Part shown: in pieces, positions 28,981-43,988 of the stretch
Position numbering within the stretch: the stretch's first letter is position 1
How the letters are laid out: the number at the start of each line of letters is the position of its first letter
DNA from: Octopus vulgaris
Taxonomy: Eukaryota
DNA length: 64,000 nucleotides
Direction of reading: 5' to 3'
Assembly (NCBI GenBank): GCA_951406725.2
Contig: OX597815.1
Location: 30,194,001-30,258,000, forward strand
Program-made: the position numbers and the translations under genes
Notes under the pieces: model-generated
What the model saw: only the letters and a program-made list of their open reading frames with translations
The model's database searches: none
Told to the model about the DNA's origin: nothing

Positions 28981-29249
28981 GAATGGGAATTGTCAGGTGC
29001 AGCATGACGAGTTGCACCAGATGGCATACGAGTCGGGTGGGGGGGATGGCGCGGAGGTTTGGGTGGAAGGCAGGACACTAGAGAATACTGAAGAACAGAT
29101 TCTGTAGCAGTAGCATGCAAGAAATTATATAATTACCTTCCTATTCCATCACTTGGTTCCGCACAAAGACAAACATGAATGCATACAAACGTATTGAATT
29201 AAGGGAGTGTATATATTCACATGGATGCATGCTTCCCTCCTCCATTCAC

Positions 29250-29283
29250 ATATACATATACATACATACATACATATATATCC

Positions 29284-29340
<57 letters not shown>

Positions 29341-29364
29341 AGTATAGTATATATATATATATAG

Positions 29365-29408
<44 letters not shown>

Positions 29409-29475
29409 GATATTCATATATATATCGGTTATATATATGTATGCATATATATATAAATATATAGATGTGTATGCA

Positions 29476-29521
<46 letters not shown>

Positions 29522-29629
29522 ACATATATACAGTATACATATACATCTATATATATATATATATATTCATTTATATATGTATATATATACACACATATAT
29601 AAAAAAATATATAGAGATGTATAGGTATA

Positions 29630-29669
<40 letters not shown>

Positions 29670-29733
29670 ATTCATATATATCGTTTATATATATGTATGC
29701 ATATATATTTAAATATATAGATGTATATGCAAA

Positions 29734-29796
<63 letters not shown>

Positions 29797-29936
29797 TACA
29801 GTATACATATACATCTATATATATATTCATTTATATATGTATATATATATATATATACATATATACAGTATACATATACATCTATATATATATACATATA
29901 TACAGTATACATATACATCTATATATATATATATTC

Positions 29937-29985
<49 letters not shown>

Positions 29986-30045
29986 TAAATAGATATACAG
30001 AGATGTATATGTATACTGTATATATATATATATATATACACACAT
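29250..30045. repeat. (TA)n-based tract with higher-order ~260-bp duplication
   Basis: The pattern cgatattcatatat...tatgcaaact...cagtatacatatacatct recurs at ~29408 and ~29666. Confidence 0.8.
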
Positions 30046-30685
30046 TCGTAAACACATATGAATACATGAATATATGAGTATACATACAGAGAAAGGGAAA
30101 CAATAAATAGATAAACAAAACTTTGAAATAGCATCGTATTACACACAACACAATTATCCTTGCGTAGGTGTTCACACACATAGTAACAGACACACACACA
30201 CACGCACACACACACACACACACAGACACACACACACTACACACACACATGTACAAAAGAAAAGCCATACACACATGCACACAATATCCTTTGTCCAGAG
30301 CTGAAGCGTCCATCCGTCGCTACACACAATTCCTCGTCTTGTAGAATTCTTCTGGAGGTCAATATTAAGGAATATTAATTCTCAAGAGTCATACACATCA
30401 AGTATTTGCCTACTTTTTAGCCACTAATCAGTTCAATGTTGAGATACTATAGTAGATAGAATACAAATACAATGATATCTACTGCATAATAGGGAATTCG
30501 AAACAGTATGGGAGTGAATCTGTTGCGTCGAAGAAATCAATAAATAGTCTGTTAAGCATATTTATTATTGTTTTTTCTATTGTGCACTAAATATTGAAAC
30601 GTAAATACAGGGATTCAAACACTACATACACGAGAACGTACACGCACTCGCACACATGTAACATTTTCAATACATATATACATAT

Positions 30686-30857
30686 AGGCGCAGGAGTGGC
30701 TGTGTGGTAAGTAGCTTGCTAACCAACCACATGATTCCGGGTTCAGTCCCACTGCGTGACATCTTGGGCAAGTGTCTTCTGCTATAGCCCCGGGCCGACC
30801 TATGCCTTTTGAGTGGATTTGGTAGACGGAAACTGAAAGAAGCCTGTCGTATATATG

Positions 30858-30890
<33 letters not shown>

Positions 30891-31100
30891 TTGTGTGTCT
30901 GTGTTTGTTCCCCTAGCATTGCTTGACAACTGATGCTGGTGTGTTTACGTCCCCGTCACTTAGCGGTTCGGCAAAAGAGACCGATAGAATAAGTACTGGG
31001 CTTACAAAGAATAAGTCCCGGGGTCAATTTGCTCGACTAAAAGGCGGTGCTCCAGCATGGCCGCAGTCAAATGACTGAAACAAGTAAAAGAATAAAAGAG
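30686..31100 (+). mobile_element. SINE family C, full length (tRNA-like head, internal (TA)/(TG) microsatellite, LINE-like tail)
   Basis: Head ggcgcaggagtggctgtgtggtaag...gggttcagtccc; tail ggcggtgctccagcatggccgcagtc...aagtaaaagaataaaagag; several copies in the window. Confidence 0.9.
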
Positions 31101-31132
31101 TATACATAATCATTCATTCATATGTATATAAT

Positions 31133-31346
31133 TATTTCTACTCTAGGCACGAGGCCTTGGAAATTTTGGGGGAAGGGGGATGGTCGATTACATCGACCCC
31201 AGTGCGTAACAGGTACTTATTTCATCGAACCCGAGAGGATGAAAGGCAAAGTCGACCTCGATGGAATTTGAACTCAAAACGTAACGGCGGACGAAATACT
31301 GCTAAATACTTCGCCCGGTGTACCAACGATTCTTCCAGCTCGCCAC
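31133..31346 (-). mobile_element. SINE family D
   Basis: Reverse complement of the family D head and body; tail variant ending gtgcctagagtagaaa. Confidence 0.85.
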
Positions 31347-31359
31347 GTCTATGCATATA

Positions 31360-31570
31360 TAGGGTGCGGCAGAAATACCTCCCACATTTTAAGCTTTCAC
31401 CTATGTGTTGATAATGAACTTATGCAAGTGCTAATGATGTTTTCATGTAGCCAACGTACAAAAACTGTAACCCTTTGTTTAAACAACAGTAAAATTAATT
31501 TTTCATAAATATTGCTTCTTTTTCCTTTTGTCAACCTTTCAAATGTCGGAGGTATTTCTGCTGCATCCTG
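31360..31570. mobile_element. Tc1/mariner-type MITE
   Basis: TIRs agggtgcggcagaaatacctcccacattt / aaatgtcggaggtatttctgctgcatcct, flanked by TA. Confidence 0.85.
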
Positions 31571-31748
31571 TATCATAATGTAAGAGCATTAAGCTATTTA
31601 AAAAATATGTTTTTTATAGTGCAGGCAACATGTTATATTGAACTCAGTACAGAAGGTAGAATGGACAATATGTTCATTATACCAAAAGTTGATAGTCTAC
31701 GCATTTTACCTGGAACTGATCTATTAATCACAGCTACATATGTATATA

Positions 31749-31869
31749 TAGTAATACCTCACTTTACGAGGACCCGCTTTACGACACTCCGGGTTTATGA
31801 GTTTTTACGAGTTTTCGCTTTACGAGCCTTCTCCGGGAACGAATTAATTCGTATATAGAGGCATTACTT
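31749..31869. mobile_element. pogo/Tigger-like MITE
   Basis: Imperfect TIRs agtaatacctcactttacga / tcgtatatagaggcattact, internal tttacga repeats, TA flanks. Confidence 0.65.
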
Positions 31870-31894
31870 TATATCGTTAATCGTTTACTTGTTA

Positions 31895-32107
31895 TAATCA
31901 TTGGACTGCGACCATGCTGGGTTACCATCTTCAAGAAATTTTAGTCGAGCGAATTACCCTAGTACTTACTTTTTATCTCAAAGTTTAGTAACTTATTTCT
32001 AAACCCCTTAGTTACGTAAACAAATCAAAACATATCTGTTGCTAAGCGGTAGTTGGGGACAAACACAGATACAAACACATACACACATATACACACACTC
32101 GCACACG

Positions 32108-32179
<72 letters not shown>

Positions 32180-32340
32180 ACTGGCTTCTTTCAGGTTCTG
32201 TCTAATAAATCCTCTAACATGGTTTTGGTCGGCCCGACGCAATAGTAGAAGACACGTACCCAAGGTGCCATGGAGTGGGACTGAACCCAGAATCATGTGG
32301 TTCGGAAGAAAACTTCTTACCGCACATCCACGCCTGCGCC
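31895..32340 (-). mobile_element. SINE family C, diverged full-length copy
   Basis: gactgcgaccatgctgg...gtgggactgaacccagaatcatg...cctgcgcct, with an expanded internal (TA)n. Confidence 0.8.
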
Positions 32341-33899
32341 TGCTACATACATACATACATACATACATACATACATAGGTACCTGCATGTATACATACAT
32401 ACAAACGTACATACTCACACATGCACACACACACGGACAGACACAGGCAGACCCGCACAGACCTGCGCGCGCACACACACATGCATATATGTATATAGCA
32501 TTTTCATTGTATATATTGTACATTGTATATATTGTATAACGAAGTGAAATAGAGCTGCTATTGAGATATAAGCATACATGTGTGTGACGGCGTTGTAGAT
32601 TTGTGTGGGAACGGCTGCGCTTCCATCTTTTCTTTTTGTTTGTATTTTTGTCTATCTATACATGAAAATGAAAGATATAAAAAATTTAAGGCATATTAAT
32701 GTCGTACATATGTACGTGTCCTTTTCACTTCATATACTTTTTTTTTATTTAAAGAGGGTTTGAAACTCGGGGTAATGCGTGCAAAGATGATGCCTTTGTG
32801 TAAGTTAGTATCTTGAGATTTTTTTGAGATAAGAAAATGAATAATAATATATAAATAAAAGAAGCGAAGCATACAAATGAAATTTTATTTGACTTTAACA
32901 AGCCATTTGTGTCTACAGTAACCTCTAATGAGTTCTTAAATAGCTTTTTGGAACATTTAATGATTGCTAGATAAGAAAATTTCTTTTTCTTAATCTACTA
33001 TCACCACGGGATCTTCAGACAGCTGCATTTGCCTTTAGCATGTCTACTGAGATTAGGTATTCAATGGAACTAAGGGTAAATAGACATTCCTGAAATTTGG
33101 TCTCATTTCTACTCTAGATATTTCGCCTCGGCATCACTTATCAAAACAGAAAATTTTTGACAAAATGGCGAGCTAACATCAATCAAGAGATAACTGTGGT
33201 TATCTTCAGTTGGTCACGAAACCAACGAACTCAATCAACCCTTGTTTAGAAAACGGCTAAACGAAAACCATTCTAAATTACCATTATTTTATGGCGCATG
33301 GAATAAAGCCATGATATGAAGGCATCTAATCTTAGGCATTTCTATAATTTTAGGCTTTTTGATTCCCAGTTCAAATCCCACTGGACGGGTATGTAAAATA
33401 TTCCATTTATCCAGATCCGGTAAAAGCGATATCGATAACATTTTTGTTGTTGGCGGAATATATATATAATACACGACCTCATCATAAACTAGTTTCTTCT
33501 CAATATAAGAAATTATAGTGTGGCCATTATATTGTACCGAAAGGATCTAGCTTATAATAGAATTAATTATAGTAGATCAAGGTTATTGATTTGATTTCAA
33601 ATTGTATCGTAGGCTGTGTATATTATTTTTAATTCAACTAGAATATAAAGTAAAATGATGGCAAGCGCAATAAACATTAAGCTCATTAAGCTCAGTTGGC
33701 ATGCTATATTATTCTTTCATAAGTTCTCAATACAGTATTATGTAGTTAAAATCATTGATGATACTCCTGGTTTTGTAAGTTACAGATTACAAGAGAACAT
33801 CTCACTCAAGTTGTGACAAGCGACAGAAATAATATTTTATTATGATCGAACACACCAACACTTCTTCTGTAGCAATACAATATAATAATAGATTACACA

Positions 33900-34108
33900 G
33901 CGAACTGGCAGAATTGTTGGCCCGCCGGGAAAAATGATTAGCTGCATTTCATTCGTCTTTACGTTCCAGTTTCAAATGCCGCAGAGGTCGACTTTGCCTT
34001 TCATCCTTCGGAAGTCGATAAAAAAAGGTACCAGTTGAACCCTGGGTCGATGTAATCGATTTATTCCTTCCCTCGAACCTGTTGGCCTTCTGCCAAAATT
34101 TGAAGCCA
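33900..34108 (+). mobile_element. SINE family D
   Basis: gcgaactggcagaattgtt...gaggtcgactttgcctttcatccttc. Confidence 0.8.
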
Positions 34109-34853
34109 ATGTGATACAATAAATTAAATTATTAGTTAACCAAGAATTGAACGGCCAATATATGTTTGCATAAATAAACATACACGAATGATGATAATTA
34201 AGGAATAGGTATATGTCAAATGTGAGAAAAATTTCATAGGATTCGAATTCATATCTCCTCATTGACAGCATGGGGTGTCGATATACACTATCTACATATC
34301 ATCAACGGAATATATCTCCCATATTAGCATCCTTGTAGTAATATACTTCAAACCCCAGTGTATGTGTAGTTTGCATTTCCAAGTATTATTTTGCCTTCGA
34401 CGAGATTAAACTCAGATACATAAATAGCTTCCATCTTATATTACTGTGAGAGTGGTCACTTCAAATCAAATTCACTTAATTCATTTTAAAATAATCTATT
34501 TGAGGTTTGCCTTACCATCTTAAATTCAGCAATAAAATAAAGTTTATTGTTGCTTAATTTAGGATTTATCAGTGAATATATTTTTTACATTTAAACGAAG
34601 CACAATGTAATGATACGCAGATCACTTTATAACAATGAAAAAATATGCCAGCGCCTAGATTGACTAGTGTTATGTATCTTCCTTGAAGCCTTCATTCAAT
34701 ATTAATGAAGAGTTCATTGGAAAATCCTCCGCCATCTGCATTCTCACACCAACCCGCATCACAAAGTTAGTCACAAAAGCATATATACATCGAAGATACA
34801 TGGGTTTAAGTTTCCTTTGTATCCAAATAGTTATTGACTTATAATTTACTATA

Positions 34854-35122
34854 AAATAAAATAAAATAAATGTGCCCTTATAAAGCCTAGCCAGCCAGGC
34901 TCATGGGCCCGGTTTCCCGGTTTCTATGGCATATGCGTTCCCCAACCGGACGGGACGCCAGTCCATCGCAGCGTTACTCATTTTTGCCAGCTGAGTGGAC
35001 TGGAGCAACGTGAAATGAATTGTTTTGTTCAAGAACACAACGCATCGCCCGGTCCAGGAATCGAAACCACAATCTTACGATCATGATGCTGACACCCTAA
35101 CTGCTAAGCCACGCGCCTCCAC
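34854..35122 (-). mobile_element. tRNA-derived CORE-like SINE with a different tail (family A')
   Basis: Shares the head and CORE-like body with family A but has a different 3' part; 13-bp TSD ataatttactata; (TTTTA)n tail. Confidence 0.85.
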
Positions 35123-35196
35123 ATAATTTACTATACTAATTCATTTCTCTTGGTTTAAATACGTGACTAGGTAATTTATATTATTACATGTAATAC

Positions 35197-35408
35197 TAGT
35201 TTCAAATTTTGGCACAAGACCAGCACTTTCAAGGGACGAGCTAAGTCGTATATATCGACCCCAGTACTCAACTGGTACTTATTTTATCGACTCCGAAAGT
35301 ATAAGAAGTAAAGTTGACATTGGCAGAATTTGAACTTAGAACGTAAGACGGACGATATGCCACTATACATTTTGTCCAGCGTGCTAACAATTCTGGCAGT
35401 TCGCCGCT
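35197..35408 (-). mobile_element. SINE family D
   Basis: Reverse-complement match to family D. Confidence 0.8.
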
Positions 35409-35567
35409 TAAAACGAAATACTGAATATAATATTGCATTATCAACGAAGCACATCAAAACTGGCCTACGAGCAATTCGAATGCACATACAAATATACGCT
35501 CGTGGACGTGAACACTTTCTCTCTCTCTCTTACACACATACGCACACACAACACATATATATGTAAA

Positions 35568-35798
35568 GGCGGCGAGCTGGCAGAAACGTTAGCACGCCGG
35601 GCGAAATGCTTAGCAGTATTTCGTCTGCCGCTACATTCTGAGTGCAAATTCCGCCGAGGTCGACTTTACCTTTCATCCTTTCGGGGTCGATAAATAAAGT
35701 ACCAGTTTCGCACTGGGGTCGATGTAATCGACTTAATCCCTTTGTCTGTCCTTGTTTGTCCTCTCTATGTTTAGCACCCTGTGGGCAGTAAAGAAATA
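35568..35798 (+). mobile_element. SINE family D, full length (tRNA-like head; central gaggtcgacttt.cctttcatcc...agtacc domain, Meta-SINE-like)
   Basis: At least 11 copies in the window; TSD-like atatatatgtaa on both sides. The domain name is from recollection of published consensus sequences and is unverified. Confidence 0.85.
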
Positions 35799-36512
35799 TA
35801 TATATGTAATTTACTTGTAAAGGTTTCACGTTGGGTTCGTTCCTCTCACAATCTATTTCCTTATGAAACATTCGTGCTGCTTTTTCTGAAGTTCCTAAGA
35901 CAACTCTCATTTACAAGGTAAATATTTACAAAAGTTCAGTTAATATTAGCTTCTTTAATGAACTATGTATTAAGTATATTCACTAATAGTATTTTAGCAT
36001 CATCCGGATAAGAACAATAGACAAATCCAGGCAGATTTCAGCCATATTCTGACCTCCTAAGCAGGAACATCGTAATCCTTTTTGCTGCCGTAACGATTTC
36101 TAAATCATTAAGTATTCGTTCCCGAACATTTATTGACGTTGTAAAATGGAAATATTTAGAAAAATAATTCCTACATAACTACTATAATTCACTCTTATGT
36201 AATGTATTTGCTTTTATTAACTCCGAGATACTAAAAGCATACAGTGCATCAAAACAGTGAGGATTTGAACATTTTAAGGAAATATATTCATATTCACCTT
36301 GTCTGCTTTTAATAATCATCAAATGTATGTTTCTCCTGCTGCAAACTGCACAATTTACATGTGCTACAGTGAGACTAAATATGCACATAAATTATACATC
36401 AGCATATATATATATATGTACATGTATACAACAAATTAATATAAACAGCTAGGTGCAGTGTAATACCATAAAGGAAAATTAATATAAACATATATATGCA
36501 TGTATGTGAGTG

Positions 36513-36618
<106 letters not shown>

Positions 36619-37074
36619 GATAGATAGATAGATAGATACATACATACATACATACATACATACATACATACATACATACATACATACACACATACACACA
36701 AATACACACATTTATATTCATATATAAATGTATGTATGTATGCATGTACGTATGTATATATGCATGAATGTACGTATGTATGTATGTGTGTGTGTGTGTG
36801 TGTGTGTCAGTATACATGCATATGTCTTACGTTTCTCAAACTGGTAATATATGTAAATGTGCCAAAAACTGAGAAAACACGACACAAAGAAATGTATAAT
36901 ATAATTGTTACTTATTTCAATTCGTGGAAAGAGAAATCTAAACAGTTCTATTTATGAAGATTTCATGGAAAGCTGATGCTTTTATGGCTCTTGAAGAGGA
37001 GACATGAAAGGGGTTAGTTGTGACTGAACTGCTATTCACTATGCATATCCACGTCTATATTCATAAATATTCTC

Positions 37075-37163
<89 letters not shown>

Positions 37164-38156
37164 TATTATATATATGTAAATATATATATATATATATATA
37201 CATATATATATGTATATATGTATATATATATACATATATATACACATATATATATATATTTGAAAATATATATATACATGTGTTATATGTATTATACATG
37301 TATTATATATATTATGCAAATCAATGTATCATATATGGTATGTATAGAGGCACATGCTGCACACATTTATGTTGCATATTTATATATATATGTGTGTGTT
37401 TAAGTGTGTGCGAAAGTGTGCTTGAGTCTGTGTATAGAAATACGTATGTATATATATAATGTGTACAGATTTATGTGCGTCTGTATATACATATACTTGT
37501 AGCTTTACGTATAATTGTATAATACACACATATAGGCATACACACATATGCATACATTCAAATTAATACATGAATAATTCTGAATGTGTTTCTATTTCTA
37601 GAATATATATGAATACATAGAAGCATCCGTGTGAATCTGGTTGTGTTCTTGCATAGTTCCATTTTGTAATATTTCTATATTTTGTTTAGTTTCTCCCAAG
37701 TCATTTTATAAGCGAGTAGCTTGATTTCGTTTCGTTTGATCATCTTATTTCTCTGAAATAAATGCATTTGCTATTATAACAATAATTGTTGCTCTCTTAC
37801 AACTCGGAATGTTATCAAATGTTAACAAAAAGACATTGCAATTTTTTTTATGAGTTATTTATGAAAATATCCACTTAGCCGTCTCCGCCGGAACTTCAGG
37901 GAAATCTCATGTGTTTCATTTGCTAAGCGTAGATGAGTTAGCTAAAGACTCATTTGACGTAACTGGCAGCATGCCAGGACTATTTCTCTATCACGGTATT
38001 GCTACACACATGAACCCAAAAACATATCTGCACTACTTAACAGCCAGTATGTATCCTCGTTTACCTTTCATACTTAGGATAACGCAATTGCAGGACACAC
38101 CATTAGTCGAAGTATTTTAGCAATGAAAGAAGAGATATTTTGATTGTCTGTTCTGA

Positions 38157-38573
<417 letters not shown>

Positions 38574-38645
38574 ACATACATACATACATACATACATACA
38601 TACATACATACATACATACATGTATGTGTATGTGTGTGTGTATGG

Positions 38646-38790
38646 AGGTGCAGGCGTGTTAAGCGGTTTGCTTCCAGGTTCAATGTCACTGCGTGATGCC
38701 ATCGGCAAGGCTAGTGTCTTCTACTGTTGCCACAGACTGACGAAAGCCTTATTAGTGAATTTCGTAGAAATGAAGCCCATCGTGTGTATA
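38646..38790 (+). mobile_element. SINE family C, 5' fragment
   Basis: ggtgcaggcgtg...ggttcaatgtcactgcgtg...gtgtcttctact...gaagcccatcgt. Confidence 0.6.
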
Positions 38791-38825
38791 TATGTATGTA
38801 TATATATATCACCGTCACCATGATC

Positions 38826-39070
38826 ACCGTGACCGACCAGGCTATCAGATGTTGCTACACATCGCTGGTCACAATGCGCTTCGCATTGTTTTAGCCTTCA
38901 AATGACGCCGTCCCGCTGGCTAAGCGAGCAGGCCAACAGAAGAAAGAGTGAGAGAAAGTTGTGGCGAAAGAGTACAAGGGATCGCCATCCACCTACTGCC
39001 GGAGCCTCGTGGACCTTTAGGTGTTTTCGCTCAATAAACACTGCCCTAACCACTGGGTCATTGTGCCTCC
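38826..39070 (-). mobile_element. Chimeric SINE: family B body, deleted head, alternative tail
   Basis: aagagtgagagaaagttgtgg...ttttcgctcaataaacac is shared with family B; ~50 bp of the tRNA head is missing; 3' part unrelated to family B. Confidence 0.8.
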
Positions 39071-39128
39071 GTATATATATACACACACACACATATATAT
39101 ATATATTTCAGTCATGAAGAAAAATATT

Positions 39129-39169
<41 letters not shown>

Positions 39170-39341
39170 GGGACCGGTAACCAGTACAATATGTAGCGGC
39201 GATAGGTCAACACGTTGTTCTGAGACTGACCAAGGAATTTTTATTTTTAGATATAAATGATGTACTTAAATGTAGTTGTGTTTTTAGCTTCTGCTTTTTC
39301 CATGATCACATGTGAGTATTTTATTTATGTTCCCTCGTAAG

Positions 39342-39402
39342 CTCTACTGAAGAAGAATATATCCTTTATAGGGATTAATTCCGAAATTGATTCAATATAG
39401 AG
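39342..39402 (+). ncRNA. Type I hammerhead-like motif
   Basis: ctcta-CTGAAGA-a gaat at atcctt ta tagggat ta attc c-GAAA-ttga t tcaa-TA-tagag, within a non-coding unit (~39170-39540) ending in (TA)n. Confidence 0.7.
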
Positions 39403-39534
39403 ATAACGAAATTTAAATTTTCTAAAGGTTAGTTGCCCGCTTTCATTTCAATTTTCCTGTAACAAGTGGATTATAAGTGGATAAATCAGTGTATTGGCTA
39501 TAGAATAACCTTCTTTAGCCCTTAATTATAAGAT

Positions 39535-39602
<68 letters not shown>

Positions 39603-39928
39603 ACACACACAACAACCTTAAGGATTGCTACTCTCACACGGGCAAATTGTCTTAGGTGGCTATGTCTTTGTGAACAGCTATGGAAATCTGCTCAGCACTT
39701 ACAGCAGAACATTTAGAACTTGACAACCGCTGGTACACAGGGATGTCTTCGTTGTCGACTGGTACCAGATGAAGTAGAAATTAGAAACAAAGTAGGATCA
39801 CATTTTAAACAGCTTAAAAAAAGAACAGGGTACTAGTATATATTTCCTATAGACGTTACACATTATTACACCTCAATGATCCTTAAAACATGCACCGACC
39901 TCACTTGCCCATTATAACCTAAGAACTG

Positions 39929-40133
39929 AGGCGGTCAGCTAGCAGAAACGTTAGTACGCCGGGCGAAATGCGTGGCCGTATTTCGTCTACCGTTACGTTC
40001 TGGGTTCAAATTCCGCCGAGGTTGACTTTGCCTTTCATCCTTTCGGGGTCGATAAATTAAGTACCGACTTAGTCCGTTTGTCTGTCTTTGTTTGTTCCCA
40101 CTGTGCTTAGCCCTTATGGGTAGTAAAGAAATA
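39929..40133 (+). mobile_element. SINE family D
   Basis: Matches family D; TSD tataa(c/t)ctaagaact. Confidence 0.9.
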
Positions 40134-40599
40134 TATAATCTAAGAACTCAACACAGAACATTCAGTGATGGAATAATGCACGATAGAATTAGAGTGAGAG
40201 TGAGTTTATAAGCATGACAGTAAACTAAACTGTTCAAAGAAATTGGGCGCTTAAATCTTATATAGATATTTTGTTTTAATTATCGGGTGTTACTCATAGC
40301 TTATTTATGCATTCGCTGTAAAGATTTTGTTACAATAAATGTTCAACTCGTCCTATTGTGTATTGTGTCAACTTTCATCCCTTCCCTCGTCGTTGTATAA
40401 CATTTCGCTTCACCCAGTTTGTGTTGTAAGCCAATCCTCGTTTAATGTTTCTTACAATCTTTCTGAAAAGCATTGAGCCCTTGTGGCTAATAACCCCAAA
40501 TCCTCCTCCTCTTTTTCTTCATGACTGAAATTAGTGTTAAAGGCTAAATTGAATAGTAGGAATAAGATACTGGCTGTCAACTCATGGGTCGTTGCAGCT

Positions 40600-41740
40600 C
40601 TAAGGCATAGCACTGGTGTGATAGAGTGGAGAAGAGATGAACTTAAGAAGCATGATAGAAACACCAGGAAAAGGATGACACTATAAGGGGCTCTACACAC
40701 TAAAATGACTTGGACATGTTGTATCTGTCGCAATATAGAAGAGGAAGAAGTCTCATTAGCCGTGAATTGTGTATGAAATCTGAGGAAAACAATTTGGCAT
40801 GTTTTATACAGAATTTAATGGATAAACTGATGGCATGAGTAAGAAAAGTAAAAGATCTAAGCAGTGATGAAGCCAAAAAAAGAAAACAAAAAGAAAGGGG
40901 AATTTAAACAAGATAGACAGAATTACACCTTGAATAGAAGGAAATAAAAAATATATGGTTAATTCTTGCGGCAAATTCCTGAAACAGTTGACGATGATAA
41001 GATCTGCGAATGGACTAGGAAAAGCGATTTGAAAGTTGAAACTGAAGCTCTTATCTTCGCAACCCAAGAACAGGCGCTGAGAATGAGAACTCTGTCAAGT
41101 TCAATCTTGACAAGTCGGTGACTTCCCCACTTTGTAGGTTGCGTGGTGAGAAAAGTAAAACAATAGACCACATTATTAGTGAATGTCAGGAGAAGGAACA
41201 AGTTGCTAGATTGGTTCACTTGAAACTCTATCATAAGTATGACATGAGTAGATTTGAGAAATGGTATGAGCACCAGCCGTAAAGAGTTGCTTAAAATGAG
41301 CAATATAAGATCTTGTGGGATATGAGCTTCCAGCGTGACTATGTTATTGTGGATAGAACATCTGACGTTGTTGTAGTAGAAAAGAAGAACAATGCAATTA
41401 TTGTGGATGTTGCATCGTTGCGGGACCACAGGGTGAATGAGAAGGAAGGTGAGAAAGTAGGGAAATACCAGGTGTTAAAGTTGGAAGTCACGAAAATATG
41501 GGGAATCAAGCACGTAGAAGTGTTATTCGATTGTGGCTAGCACACTGGGAGCAGTTTGTAAATAAAGGGTTGTATGCATGGCTTGAGGAGCTAGGAAGTA
41601 TTATCAGAATCGGTTTGCAGCATAAAACAGCTTTGTTAGGAACAGCAAGGATTCTAAAGAGGGCGTTAGATAGTTGAAGAAGAAATGACCCAAAGGACCT
41701 TTGGCTATTTGATATGGCTCGCTCATTTCGTATAGTGTCG
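40600..41740 (+). mobile_element. Second Dong/R4-type LINE 3' remnant (diverged)
   Basis: ETEALIFATQEQALR, LCRLRGEK..IDHIISEC, DRTSDVVVVEK..IIVDVA, EKVGKYQVLKLE, KTALLGTARILKRAL; many stops and frameshifts. Confidence 0.85.
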
Positions 41741-41755
41741 CTATAGAACAAGAGA

Positions 41756-42253
<498 letters not shown>

Positions 42254-42331
42254 GTGTCAAATTTTGGCACAAGGCCTGCAGGTTCAAGGGATTGTCGATT
42301 ACATCAGCCCATTTTAATTGCATAGAATATA

Positions 42332-42377
<46 letters not shown>

Positions 42378-43407
42378 ATTCGCAGAACAATACGTCAAAA
42401 ATAAATTAAAAGTAGCTTAGAAGTTTATTTCGCTTAGATGATCATGCCGTATTCTGAAAGTCGACTCGCACACCCAGGAGCCGTTTCATGTTAATGGATA
42501 TTTACTTCAGTCTTAATTGCGGTCGCACATATATTTTTTTTTACGAATGCTATAGAATTTACTATAATTCATCTTTTATTCATTTTGACTGACTTCATCT
42601 AATAAATCCTATCTTATTATCTTCAACCTTTACGACTCCCATAATATTAGTATTTTGTTTTGCTTTTCTTTAAAATACATAAGAAAGACATTTACTTAAG
42701 CTAATTGAAATCAACATTTTATTAAGAAGACATTTAGTATGAAACCTCCAAACTAAATTATTTTCATCACATTTCAAACTTTATCTATTTTACTTGATAT
42801 GGCTTTCTACTCTGTAAGTTTTCATAATCACTTATGGTTCAATATTTTTTCTTAATAATTTAAATACTTCTAATATATTAAGAAATATTTAGATTATGAA
42901 TTTACATTACAAAATAGCTTCCAATATATTTTTTAAACAAATGTTTTAAAATATTTCTTTTTAATAAATATAGATGGTTTGGAAAATATTTAATTTTTCA
43001 ACGAAATCTTAAATGTTTTCCTGTAACGCATAAACAAAACTTTATATAATTACTGATACTCTCCATTACCAGAGGTTTGGTAGATTTTACTTCGCTAGTT
43101 TCTATACGTTCCATATATCTATATAATTCTCCGATTTTAAAATAAATTATGCATTTTCAATATTTTTAAACATGACATCACTGTTAATATTGAGTTCAAT
43201 ACTTCACGTTGTTTACTTAAATATTAAAATTTAGAAAATGCAAAATATAACACATCTCCTCTACAACTCAGAATCCTGTTACCTCATTATTCCTATAACA
43301 CTAATACCTTTTACAACATCCATAATATTTCTTCAGTTGTTTCTTTTAATAAGTATGAAATATTTTAAATCAATGCAGTTTAGATAATAATAATAATAAT
43401 AATAATG

Positions 43408-43481
<74 letters not shown>

Positions 43482-43697
43482 CCTTTCGACTAATTACACA
43501 AGGCTTGAAATTTCGTGGGGGGGGGAACTAGTCTATTACATCGACTCCAGTGTTTCACTGGTACTGAATTTATAGACCGTGAAAGGATGAAAGGCAAAGT
43601 CGAGCTCGGCGGAATTTGAATGCAGAACGTAAAGATGTACAAAATGCCGCTAAGCATATTTTTCGGTATGCTAACGATCCTGCCGGTTGGCCACCTT
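43482..43697 (-). mobile_element. SINE family D
   Basis: Reverse-complement match (gaaaggatgaaaggcaaagtcgagctcggcggaatttgaa). Confidence 0.85.
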
Positions 43698-43709
43698 AAT
43701 AATGATTAG

Positions 43710-43988
43710 TTGGGGAGCATCATAGCTATGTGTTCAGAGGAATTGTTTGGGGTTTGAATGATTCTGCTCTGGAAACATGGGCTTTTCATTGAGCATCCTT
43801 TTGAAGAAAATTGTTAACTGAGCTCCACCTGCAAGGCCAAGCGCTGTTTATCTTGATATGAAATCGCCATATCGCGCACGTATGGTTGTGATGTATGTGT
43901 CTGGTGTACCCATAACAGACTGGTAGTCATGATGAGCATATTGGGCTTCGTATATTGGGCTTGATGACATTCACTGCTTTCTCACTCT
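43710..43988 (+). mobile_element. 5'-truncated copy 3 of the ~550-bp (AAT)n-associated element
   Basis: Matches the 3' half of 21063-21614; ends ctcactct followed by aataataat. Confidence 0.75.
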
